Notes: generated by a model from the letters alone, not told the origin. DNA of 64,000 bases from Bacillota bacterium (GCA_023415915.1 JAEZIZ010000096.1:217-64216); one strand, 5' to 3'; shown: positions 47,510 through 55,793, numbered from the stretch's first letter. A program made the numbers and translations.

Positions 47510-48490
47510 TCAAATTGTAACAACAGCGTTTTTTTGTAGCGACTCGCATTCTTTACCGACAAGGTAGATTGTATCGCGCGCGCTTTCGGGAGTGACGCCG
47601 GTAACCTTTGAATCTCCGTTCAATATTGCCGCAAATTCGGTTAGTTCCTGATACACTCCGTCTATTTCGGACGGAACTCCTGTAAGCGTTTCCATTTTTG
47701 CGTAATAAAAATCTTTCCCTGCCGGATAAACGGCGACCTTCCCGTCCTTATACTCAATAAGTCCGTGTTCAAATACAGCCAGATATCCGCTTGACCACGG
47801 GAATGTGGAATCATTCCATCCGCCTTCCGCTACGACTGTTATGTCTTTGTTGTTGAATATATAATGGGTATTTATATAGCTCATGTGGATATCTGGCTGC
47901 TCTATACCTACACTGTGCACGGCATCGGGCAAACCAAACAGGTAATTGACCATATCGGTATCATGAATGTGCATCTCATAACAGACCATTTTGCATAGAT
48001 CCGGATTCATATACCAAGATCCTTGGGGATGCACTCCGTAATAACGCCTAAGAGAAAGGTAACGCAGCCTGCCAAGACTTTCGTCCGCTATTTGCTGCTT
48101 TAAATAGCGGTATTCAGGCCAATAGCGCAGCACCTGCCCCACCATCATCTTTACGCCTTTTTCTTTTGCTTTTGCTATCATTTCGTCCGCTTCGCCCACC
48201 GAATGAGCCATCGGCTTTTCGCAGAATACGTGCATGCCTCTCTCAATGCATTTCAGAGAGTATTCATAATGCAAAAACGACGGAACACAGATATCAACAG
48301 CATCGGGCCTGATATCGGCAAGCATCTCGTCTATATTGCAATATGCCCTGCAGTTAAGCACCTTTGAATACTTTTCTGCCGCTTCAAAGTTCATATCAAC
48401 TACCGCGCACACCTCAAGGCCTTTTACATATTTGTAAGCCTCGATATGGTTTGCTCCCATGCCTCCTGTTCCTATGACTGCTATCTTCAT
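47510..48490 (-). CDS. Gfo/Idh/MocA-family oxidoreductase
   Basis: MKIAVIGTGGMG Rossmann N-terminus, CEKP motif. Confidence 0.85.
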   Translation of the reverse strand: MKIAVIGTGGMGANHIEAYKYVKGLEVCAVVDMNFEAAEKYSKVLNCRAYCNIDEMLADIRPDAVDICVPSFLHYEYSLKCIERGMHVFCEKPMAHSVGEADEMIAKAKEKGVKMMVGQVLRYWPEYRYLKQQIADESLGRLRYLSLRRYYGVHPQGSWYMNPDLCKMVCYEMHIHDTDMVNYLFGLPDAVHSVGIEQPDIHMSYINTHYIFNNKDITVVAEGGWNDSTFPWSSGYLAVFEHGLIEYKDGKVAVYPAGKDFYYAKMETLTGVPSEIDGVYQELTEFAAILNGDSKVTGVTPESARDTIYLVGKECESLQKNAVVTI

Positions 48491-48537
48491 TATGATCTCC
48501 TTTTAGGTATTGCAATTGCAATGATTTAATTGAGAAA

Positions 48538-48551
48538 TGTAAGCGTTTACA
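48538..48551. promoter_or_regulatory. LacI-family/cre-like palindromic operator TGTAAGCGTTTACA
   Basis: 13 of 14 positions palindromic. Fits TGNAANCGNTNNCA. Starts 5 nt downstream of the -10 of the promoter at 48557-48585. Confidence 0.65.
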
Positions 48552-48556
48552 TTATT

Positions 48557-48585
48557 ATTATACTATTTCACCGTATGCATGTCAA
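48557..48585 (-). promoter_or_regulatory. Consensus sigma-A promoter of the oxidoreductase/ABC/enzyme operon
   Basis: Minus strand: TTGACA, 17 nt, TATAAT. Confidence 0.7.
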
Positions 48586-48665
48586 TATCGCTTTCTTAAA
48601 AATTCCGTTACCCTTTTATTCCACCGCATGTATGCCCTTAGTTCTGCAGACTGCACTTAATCTGT

Positions 48666-49700
48666 TTACTGTACCGTTGTTACTTTACTGGAGAATAAGA
48701 ATGTACCTACTTTAAGGTCCTTTGATTCGGCTATAATACTTCCTACACACTGTGCAGGAACAATATTGCTTATGCATGCAAGCTCACTTGAGGCATAGTG
48801 CTGCCGTAAAACAAGTATTTCACTTTCCGAGAGCTCCACGTTGGAATCCGTTACGAATACAACTTTTGTGCCCTTTTGCGCGACCTGACGCGCCAGATTC
48901 TCCATTAAGCTGTAGCATTTATCCTTTGGCGCAAATATAAAGGCTGTCAGCCCTTTTCCCAGCATCTCAAAAGGCCCGTGCCTAAACTGCGCCGCTTCAA
49001 GATATATTGCAGGGTGCTTTGCGACCTCTTTAGCAAACAGCGCGCCAGCGTCGCCGGTGCAGCAGCTGTAACCGCGCGCAATGAATATAAGCGTATCTTT
49101 TACATCAATGTGGGCTTTTATAGCGTCCTTCATTATATAAAACGAGTCCAGCGCTTTTTCAAGGTTAAGCAGAGAATCGGCACAACGTTGCTGCTCATCG
49201 CTGTCCCATGCGCCTATGAAGCTCTTAGCAAACATATGCATAAGCAGCAAAGGCGCTATATAATTTCGAGTGCTTACGGCGACTTCGCTTTCCATGTAAA
49301 GTTCCAAAAGCAGGTTCGAGCGTTTACCCAGCGGGCTGAGCGCGTCGTTTGTAACCCCCACCACAAAAACGTCTTTGCTTAACTTTTCCGTCAGCTCAAC
49401 AATTTCCGCGCTTCTGCCGCTTTGGGATACTATTACGACTATGTCGTCGTCGGAAACGCTCTCCATCTCATAGTGAATAAGCTGGCTGGTTACCTGTGTG
49501 TCGCATAGCATACCGGCGTTGCGCAATATCGTCGCCGCGTTCATACAGGCGGAGTATGACGAGCCCATTCCCGTAAGCAATACCCGGCGGTAGCTGCGTT
49601 TTGAAAGCTCGCTTATCTGTGAGATATAGTTCAAATACAGCTTGTATCCCGCCGATACATCCTTCGCTTGGTTTAAAACGTCCTGCTCATAAATGTTCAT
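48666..49700 (-). CDS. Double-SIS-domain protein (FrlB/AgaS/GlmS-isomerase-like sugar-amine phosphate deglycase/deaminase)
   Basis: Start at MNIYEQD. TGMGSSY and VSQSGRSAE SIS motifs, second SIS repeat, ~345 aa. Confidence 0.7.
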   Translation of the reverse strand: MNIYEQDVLNQAKDVSAGYKLYLNYISQISELSKRSYRRVLLTGMGSSYSACMNAATILRNAGMLCDTQVTSQLIHYEMESVSDDDIVVIVSQSGRSAEIVELTEKLSKDVFVVGVTNDALSPLGKRSNLLLELYMESEVAVSTRNYIAPLLLMHMFAKSFIGAWDSDEQQRCADSLLNLEKALDSFYIMKDAIKAHIDVKDTLIFIARGYSCCTGDAGALFAKEVAKHPAIYLEAAQFRHGPFEMLGKGLTAFIFAPKDKCYSLMENLARQVAQKGTKVVFVTDSNVELSESEILVLRQHYASSELACISNIVPAQCVGSIIAESKDLKVGTFLFSSKVTTVQ

Positions 49701-49714
49701 CACTATTCCCCGCT

Positions 49715-50797
49715 TTACGATATTAATAATTGTTCCAAGCCGCAAGGTTCGCCGTTACGGACATAGCTGTATGCGCTTGCATTGCCCATCTTCACACACT
49801 CCTCAAGGCTCTTGCCAAGCAGCTTTCCTATGCAATATCCTGCGTTATAGTTATCGCCTGCTCCCGTAACCACTTTAGGCTGCTTGACCGTCTCCGGTAT
49901 TACGCTTGCCTCGTTTTCTTTTGTAACCGCAACGCTGCATCCCAGGCTATGCACGGTAATCTCATCTATTTCCAGGCGCATTAGCAGCGTTTGTGCCGTC
50001 TGCGATATCGATTCGGCCTTTTCCCCGATGTACTCCGCAAGATTGACAGCCTCTTTCCGGTTTGCGCTAAGCATCGTATAGTATCTTTGCTTAAGCCGGG
50101 GCATCAGCGAGATAAGCTCAGAAACGCGGTTAAGCGGAGCAGTGGAGATATCTGCAAGGTCCATAAACAATATTTGCATCTTTTCTTTTCTCTTTTGCGT
50201 ATCACCAAGCAATATCTCTTTAATTATATCGTTGCCATGATTAAGCCCGCCCCAGTTGACAAAGCATATCAGATCGCTTTCCAGCAACTCGTTTAGTTTT
50301 CGTTCTCCTATTCTTTGCTTCACTAAACGCGGAGTAATATCATCCAGCGTGCTCCGTTCTCCAAACATTATCTTGCCGTCCGGAAACTCCAGAGCGTAGC
50401 ATTCCGCCGGAGCGCTGATCGCCGTTGTTTCGCAGCTTCTTTGGAGCTGCTCGAATACTGACAATACACTGCCTTCCCCAATCGCGCCCGCGCAATGTAA
50501 CGTCAGCCCTTTTTTCGCAAGAGAATGTGCAAGTATAGGGGCGTTCCCCCCCATACGCCTGTAAACGCGCTTAACGCTTATATCTGCGCTTGCGCTTTCG
50601 TGCTTTATTATAAATTCATTAAACTGTTTTATGGATTCAAAGCGGCCGTAAGCGGTCATCGGCATGACGATTTCATCCACATAACCGTCAAAACCTACAA
50701 ATGCGGAGCGCTCGCTTAATATGTATTCACCATTATGCTTTTGGCCCTGATTTTCCATAATAGACAGTAGCTTCTCTATACACCCGGAAAGCTTCAA
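49715..50797 (-). CDS. Ribokinase-superfamily (PfkB-like) sugar kinase
   Basis: MGGNAPILA and C-terminal TGAGDNYNAG motifs. Start ambiguous (TTG 50797 or ATG 50758). Confidence 0.65.
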   Translation of the reverse strand: MKLSGCIEKLLSIMENQGQKHNGEYILSERSAFVGFDGYVDEIVMPMTAYGRFESIKQFNEFIIKHESASADISVKRVYRRMGGNAPILAHSLAKKGLTLHCAGAIGEGSVLSVFEQLQRSCETTAISAPAECYALEFPDGKIMFGERSTLDDITPRLVKQRIGERKLNELLESDLICFVNWGGLNHGNDIIKEILLGDTQKRKEKMQILFMDLADISTAPLNRVSELISLMPRLKQRYYTMLSANRKEAVNLAEYIGEKAESISQTAQTLLMRLEIDEITVHSLGCSVAVTKENEASVIPETVKQPKVVTGAGDNYNAGYCIGKLLGKSLEECVKMGNASAYSYVRNGEPCGLEQLLIS

Positions 50798-50822
50798 ACT
50801 CTCAGAGAATTCCGTATCAATA

Positions 50823-50836
50823 TGTAAGCGTTATCA
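50823..50836. promoter_or_regulatory. LacI-family/cre-like operator TGTAAGCGTTATCA
   Basis: Related to the site at 48538-48551. Lies 11 nt downstream of the -10 of the promoter at 50848-50876. Confidence 0.6.
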
Positions 50837-50847
50837 TTTTCATTCGA

Positions 50848-50876
50848 ACTATATCACATTCACTGGGCTTAGTCAA
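50848..50876 (-). promoter_or_regulatory. Sigma-A promoter of the kinase/SIS operon
   Basis: Minus strand: TTGACT, 17 nt, TATAGT. Confidence 0.65.
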
Positions 50877-50957
50877 GATGTGTATTTCAGTGTTATTATT
50901 TGATTTTATTTACTTAAATTATTTATTATTAACAATTTAAAACTATATGCATAGCTA

Positions 50958-50986
50958 TTGACGAGGTTTCCCGAGTGTGCTAATTT
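50958..50986 (+). promoter_or_regulatory. Candidate promoter of the island eda-kdgK pair
   Basis: TTGACG, 17 nt, TGc-TAATTT extended -10. Confidence 0.45.
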
Positions 50987-51049
50987 GTATTTACGGCCTG
51001 TTTGACGTACCCTTTTATTATAAACAACACTCAAGAAAGGCGTGAAAAA

Positions 51050-51676
51050 ATGAAAACGTTTCAAAAAATAAATTCTATTGGTATTGTACCTGTCGTTGTA
51101 ATTGAAGATATCGAAAAAGCTATTCCTGTCGCAGACGCTCTGGCCGCAGGCGGCATAAACGTAATGGAGATCACTCTTAGAACGAAGTGCGGCCTTGATG
51201 CCATAGAAGCTGTTACAAAAAACCGCCAGGATATGCTGGTTGGCGCCGGCACTGTTTTGACGCTGGAGCAATGTAAAAAATGTGTCGATTCGGGCGCAAA
51301 ATTCATCGTTTCGCCCGGATTTGAAGAAAAAATAGTCTCATGGTGTGTACGGAATGGCGTTGATGTATTCCCCGGTTGCGTTACTCCGACCGAGATAATG
51401 TATGCTCTGAAATACGGTTTAGAGGTAGTGAAATTCTTCCCCGCAAATGTCTACGGCGGCCTGACAGCATTGAAGTCGCTCTCCGGGCCATTCGGAAACA
51501 TCAGATTCATACCCACGGGCGGTATAGACGAAAAAAATCTCAAAGAATACATATCATCTCCCGCTGTATTTGCCGTCGGAGGCAGCTGGCTTTGCAGCAA
51601 GAGCGACATTGCAGCGGGCAACTTCAATAAAATAACCGAGCTTTGCAAACAAGCTTTGAGCATCGCCCGTAAATAA
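51050..51676 (+). CDS. eda: KDPG/KHG aldolase (Eda), short canonical form
   Basis: Start at [17 protein letters not shown]. Colinear with residues 1-205 of the 1121-2077 product. ~208 aa. Confidence 0.85.
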   Translation: MKTFQKINSIGIVPVVVIEDIEKAIPVADALAAGGINVMEITLRTKCGLDAIEAVTKNRQDMLVGAGTVLTLEQCKKCVDSGAKFIVSPGFEEKIVSWCVRNGVDVFPGCVTPTEIMYALKYGLEVVKFFPANVYGGLTALKSLSGPFGNIRFIPTGGIDEKNLKEYISSPAVFAVGGSWLCSKSDIAAGNFNKITELCKQALSIARK

Positions 51677-51713
51677 TGCTTTAAGAAATCATGCAATGAA
51701 AGGAGTGATTAAC

Positions 51714-52739
51714 ATGAAGTATATTACGTTCGGCGAAATAATGCTGAGGCTCAAATCGCCGGGACACGAACGCCTTTTTCAAAGTCCCATGCTGGAAGCG
51801 ACGTTCGGCGGCGGAGAGGCTAACGTTGCGGTCTCGCTTGCTAATTATGGCGAGGACGCGGCGTTTTTTACTGTGCTTCCTTCAAACAAAATAGGAGACG
51901 AATGCATAAGGGAACTCAGGCGGTTTAATGTTGAAACCTCTACGATAATTCGCGGCAGCGGAAGAATGGGGATATACTATCTGGAAAACGGAGCAAATCA
52001 GCTTCCCAGCAAAGTAATCTATGACCGCGAATTTTCCTCCGTCTCTATTGCAAAGCCCGGCAGCATCGATTGGGAAAAAGTACTGGATGGCCGCGATTGG
52101 TTTCATATCACGGGCATTACGCCAGCGATATCACAGAGCGCGATGGAACTTTCATTTGAGAGCGTTAAGGCCGCAAAGTCTCTTAGATTAACAGTTTCAT
52201 GCGACCTAAACTACCGTAAAAATCTCTGGAAATACGGCAAGGAAGCAAAAGATGTGATGCGTGAGCTTGTAAAATACGTGGATATAGCTATTGCAAACGA
52301 AGAAGACTGCCAGAAATCGCTGGGTATTGCCGCATCGGTGGACGTGGAAAGCGGCAGTCTGGACACGGATAAATATAAATCTATCGGAGACATGATACTC
52401 GCCCAATACCCCCAGATGAAAATGATAGCAATTACGTTACGCGAAAGCAAAAGCGCGGATATCAACGGCTGGGCCGCTTGCCTCAACGATCGCAATTCAT
52501 TTCTATTAAGCAAACGCTATGAGATTCGGGATATAATCGACCGGGTCGGCGGCGGGGATTCTTTTGCGGGTGGCCTTATTTACGGGCTCAATCATTATAC
52601 AAGCCTTCAGGAATCTTTGGAATTCGCGGTAGCCGCCTCCTGCTTAAAGCATTCAATAATAGGCGATTTTAATCGCGTAAGCGTTGCCGATGTTGAAAGC
52701 CTTATGAAAGGAGGCGGAAGCGGCAGAGTTCAAAGATGA
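51714..52739 (+). CDS. kdgK: 2-dehydro-3-deoxygluconokinase (second copy)
   Basis: Start at [10 protein letters not shown] (GGAG SD). Colinear along its full length with the 83-1111 product, roughly two-thirds identical by eye. Confidence 0.9.
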   Translation: MKYITFGEIMLRLKSPGHERLFQSPMLEATFGGGEANVAVSLANYGEDAAFFTVLPSNKIGDECIRELRRFNVETSTIIRGSGRMGIYYLENGANQLPSKVIYDREFSSVSIAKPGSIDWEKVLDGRDWFHITGITPAISQSAMELSFESVKAAKSLRLTVSCDLNYRKNLWKYGKEAKDVMRELVKYVDIAIANEEDCQKSLGIAASVDVESGSLDTDKYKSIGDMILAQYPQMKMIAITLRESKSADINGWAACLNDRNSFLLSKRYEIRDIIDRVGGGDSFAGGLIYGLNHYTSLQESLEFAVAASCLKHSIIGDFNRVSVADVESLMKGGGSGRVQR

Positions 52740-52797
52740 TCTAAGCTTATTTATTCATCTATGTCAATGGTCGGGGTAAACTCATAGACAAAAAACG

Positions 52798-52837
52798 CAG
52801 GGTTTCAATCTGGGAGAGAGAATTGATTGAAACCCTG
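52798..52837. terminator. Bidirectional hairpin terminator between kdgK (island) and the hsdR remnant
   Basis: 13-bp perfect stem CAGGGTTTCAATC / GATTGAAACCCTG, flanked by an A5 run upstream (a T-run on the minus strand). Confidence 0.7.
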
Positions 52838-52920
52838 TTACATTTATTGTAAATAAACACCATGTCGAACGCTGGCTGCTGATCTTCAGGAAAAGCCGAT
52901 ATCTTTTTTATGATTAAAGT

Positions 52921-52954
52921 CCTTCTCGTCATGTTTCCTTCTCGTCATGTTTCC
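52921..52954. repeat. 16-bp tandem duplication CCTTCTCGTCATGTTT x2 (+2 nt)
   Basis: Direct reading. Lies in the non-coding stretch 3' of the hsdR remnant. Confidence 0.9.
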
Positions 52955-53025
52955 ATACGGTTCTAAGATCAACAACACAACTTATCTTTCCAAGCATATT
53001 ATAACCTCACTTTCATTAGATTTTC

Positions 53026-54838
53026 CTAATCCATATCCATACTCTCCGCCTGCTTTAACACCATGTCTAGCGCCGATTGCTGATCTTCAGGAGGATACTT
53101 ATACTTCTTTAACAGCCGCTTTATCATCACCCTCATACGGGCTCTAGCCTGCTCTTTAAGGTGCCAGTCTATCGTCCGGTTCTTCCGGAGCATCTCCGTA
53201 AGCTCATGAGTCATGTCAATAAGCTGTTGGTTCGTATAGAAGTCCTTTATGTTCTCTAGCCTAGTAATAGCGTCATAGAACGCAAGCTCCTCAGCGTTAA
53301 GGCCTAACTCGTTGCCTTCATCCTTAGCCTTTTTCATCTCTTCAGCCATTTTTATAAGCTGCTCAATGACCTCAGCATTTGTTATCAGCCCGTTCCTGTA
53401 GAGCTTCATAAGCTTGTCCATTTTTTCAGAGAACAGTTCCGACTTTACAAGATTCGTGCGCATGTATGCTCTTATCTCGTCGGCCAGCAGCCTCCTCAGC
53501 ATCTCAGCCGCAAGGTTCTTCTGTTTCATGTCCTGGACTCGCTTTAGAAAGACAGGGTCGAATATCGAGAACTCGGGAGAATCGGCGAACAGACTTATCA
53601 CTCCGTTGCTGTGTATACTCGCCTTCAATAGTCCGTTAATTCTCTCGTTTATCTCCTTTACGCTCAGCTTACCTGGTCCCGTAACCTTTGCAACGCCACT
53701 GCGTACGGCTTCGAAGAAAGCCGCTTCCATACGAGTATCTTCATCCAATAGGCTCCTGCACAGTGTCTCGGCATGTGCCAGAGCTAATGCTTCTTTAAGA
53801 TATGCTTTCTTTTTTTCTTCGTCCGATAGTATGAAATCGATGCCTTCCGCTATTACCCGCGCTCTCTCAAGGTCGCTATCCCCGAAGAACGGTCCGTAGT
53901 CAAGCCCGTGCATTAGATCACGGCATATTTCAAGCTTCTCCTCGAACTTTGGCAGCGCGCTTTCTCCGATGTCCGGGTTACCGAAGTTCTCTTTGTTCCT
54001 AGCTGTGTAGTCCTTCATGGCCTTTTTCAAAGCGCCAGCGATACCGACATAGTCGACGATAAGGCCGCCTTCTTTGTCCTTGTATACGCGGTTGACGCGG
54101 GCTATTGCCTGCATCAGTGTGTGTCCCTGCATCGGTTTGTAGATATACATCGTGTTAAGACACGGCACGGCGAATCCGGTCAACCACATATCCACAACGA
54201 TACATATCTTCAGCGGATCGTCGGGTTTTTTGAAATGCTTCGCCTTGTCATCACGTTCCCGTTTGCCGCCGATAATATCAAACCACTCTACCGGATCCTG
54301 GTTGTTTCTTGTCATTACAAGCCCGAGCTTGTCCTTCCAGTCAGAACACAGTTCTAGAATCTTTTTGTATATCTTCATCGCTATAGGCCGGGAATAGGCA
54401 ACTATCATTGCCTTGCCCGCGAGTATATGCTTTCTGTCTTCGTAATGTTTTACTATGTCTTTGCACAGCTCATTTATCGTCTCGTCCGCGCCGAGAATAG
54501 CCTCCATCTGCCCGAGCTCTTGCTTTGACTTTGCTATATGGTACGGCCATCTCCTCATATTCGGCGTCTATCCTGTCGAGCACCTGTTTGTCGAGGTTCA
54601 GCTTCATTACACGGCTCTCGTAAAATATCGGCCTTGTGGCCTCGTCCTCAACGGACTGAGTCATATCGTAGATGTCTATGTACTCTCCGAATATCTCCTG
54701 CGTGGAGCGGTCGTCTACGGTATCGATAGGCGTGCCGGTAAATCCTATAAACGAAGCGTTAGGTAGCGCGTCTCGAACATACTTTGCCATACCGTATGTT
54801 ATCTTGCCTGTCTCCCTGTCCACCCTCGCTTCCAGCCC
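53026..54838 (-). pseudogene. hsdR: Type I restriction enzyme R subunit (hsdR), 5'-truncated and frameshifted
   Basis: Two overlapping frames (54470-54823 and 53026-54558) carry helicase motifs ([11 protein letters not shown]; QAIARVNR) and the C-terminal helical domain. The frame switches near 54530-54545. The nuclease domain and the ATP-binding helicase motifs I-II are absent. No hsdM/hsdS in the window. Confidence 0.85.
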
Positions 54839-54841
54839 GGT

Positions 54842-55396
54842 CGCGGCGAGCTTATTGCGCTCACATGGAATGATATAGATTTAAAGGCAAAAAGTTTAGC
54901 TGTAAATAAGTCGGTGATTTATGTTAATAACCAAGCTCAAATTAAAAGTCCAAAGTCAAGTTCAGGTGTTCGTTCTGTTCCCATACCTGATACTATTTTA
55001 GAAGCCTTAAAGCAGGCAAGAAAGTGTGCTGAATCAACAATAGTATGTCCCGCCGCCGATGGTCGTATGATGTCTCACGTCGCTTTTAACCGCGCTTGGA
55101 GAAGCTATTTAAACTATCTTAATACTAAAGCAGGTGGACGAGTTGCTTCACGCAGTCGTCCTAAGCTCACTTTGATCGACAATATAACACCGCACATGTT
55201 CAGGCACACCTATGCAACCATACTGTACAATGCCGGAGTCGATATTAAGAGCGCCCAGCGTTTCCTTGGTCATTCCGATATTAATGTTACACTTAAAATA
55301 TATACCCATCTTTCAACGAAAAAAGAACAGGAAGCAATTGATTCTTTAAACAAGCATTTAAATGATAATGCATACGAAAAAAATCTGATGCAGTAA
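54842..55396 (+). pseudogene. Tyrosine recombinase/integrase, 5'-truncated (C-terminal catalytic part only)
   Basis: Homology starts abruptly at [14 protein letters not shown] (box I) and continues to HMFRHTYAT...LGHSDINVTLKIYTH (box II, catalytic Tyr). No N-terminal domain and no ATG (only an internal GTG at 54914). Confidence 0.8.
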
Positions 55397-55407
55397 AAAT
55401 GCAGTAA
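55387..55407 (+). repeat. 21-bp repeat GATGCAGTAAAAATGCAGTAA (copy 2)
   Basis: Exact match to 27046-27066. Spans the integrase stop codon, 81 nt from the att core. Confidence 0.85.
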
Positions 55408-55450
55408 TCAATGCTTTTTTGACCTAAAATCAATGCTCATATAAAACGTC

Positions 55451-55482
55451 AAAGCCCTTAAACATCAATGTTTAAGGGCTTT
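55451..55482. terminator. Hairpin terminator between the integrase remnant and tRNA-Lys
   Basis: 14-bp stem AAAGCCCTTAAACA / TGTTTAAGGGCTTT with a 4-nt loop. Could serve both converging transcripts. Confidence 0.7.
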
Positions 55483-55488
55483 TCAGCC

Positions 55489-55564
55489 TGGTGACCCACC
55501 GGAGACTCGAACTCCGGACACCTTGATTAAAAGTCAAGTGCTCTACCGCCTGAGCTAGTGGGTC
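55489..55564 (-). tRNA. tRNA-Lys (anticodon TTT), CCA encoded
   Basis: Hand-folded cloverleaf: acceptor GACCCAC/GTGGGTC, anticodon arm CTTGA-CTTTTAA-TCAAG, T-arm CGGAG-TTCGAGT-CTCCG. Confidence 0.9.
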
Positions 55565-55660
55565 GCGTTAATCACCCCATCAAGTCTCATGACTTGCTGG
55601 GGACCCCGATATTTTCACCCCAAAAAGCCTCACGACTTTTCGGGAAATCACTATTAATTA

Positions 55661-55735
55661 TGGCTGGGGTGGCAGGGTTCGAACCTGCGAATGCGGGAGT
55701 CAAAGTCCCGTGCCTTACCTCTTGGCTACACCCCA
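55661..55735 (-). tRNA. tRNA-Gln (anticodon TTG), CCA encoded
   Basis: Acceptor TGGGGTG/CACCCCA, anticodon arm CGGGA-CTTTGAC-TCCCG, GGTTCGAA T-loop. Confidence 0.9.
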
Positions 55736-55793
55736 ATGTCCCATTGGTTTTCGGGGACTCCGGGGCGATACCCCAAAACCTTTTTTATTAAGT

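Larger units (their letters stand above)
26863..55535. mobile_element. tRNA-Lys-integrated genomic island (~28.7 kb, metabolic cargo, integrase decayed)
   Basis: 47-bp direct repeats of the tRNA 3' part at both ends. A tyrosine-integrase remnant sits next to the intact tRNA. IS21 and an hsdR remnant lie inside. Confidence 0.75.

Noticed and set aside
50906-51271. 121-aa minus-strand ORF spanning the divergent promoter region and the eda 5' end
   Set aside because: It overlaps a promoter and the start of a well-supported plus-strand gene, and its AT-rich translation has no motif.
54914-55396. 160-aa GTG-initiated ORF as a possible intact mini-integrase
   Set aside because: Integrase homology continues upstream of the GTG in the same frame to 54842 and then stops at the hsdR junction. 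The N-terminal DNA-binding domain is missing, so it is called a pseudogene.
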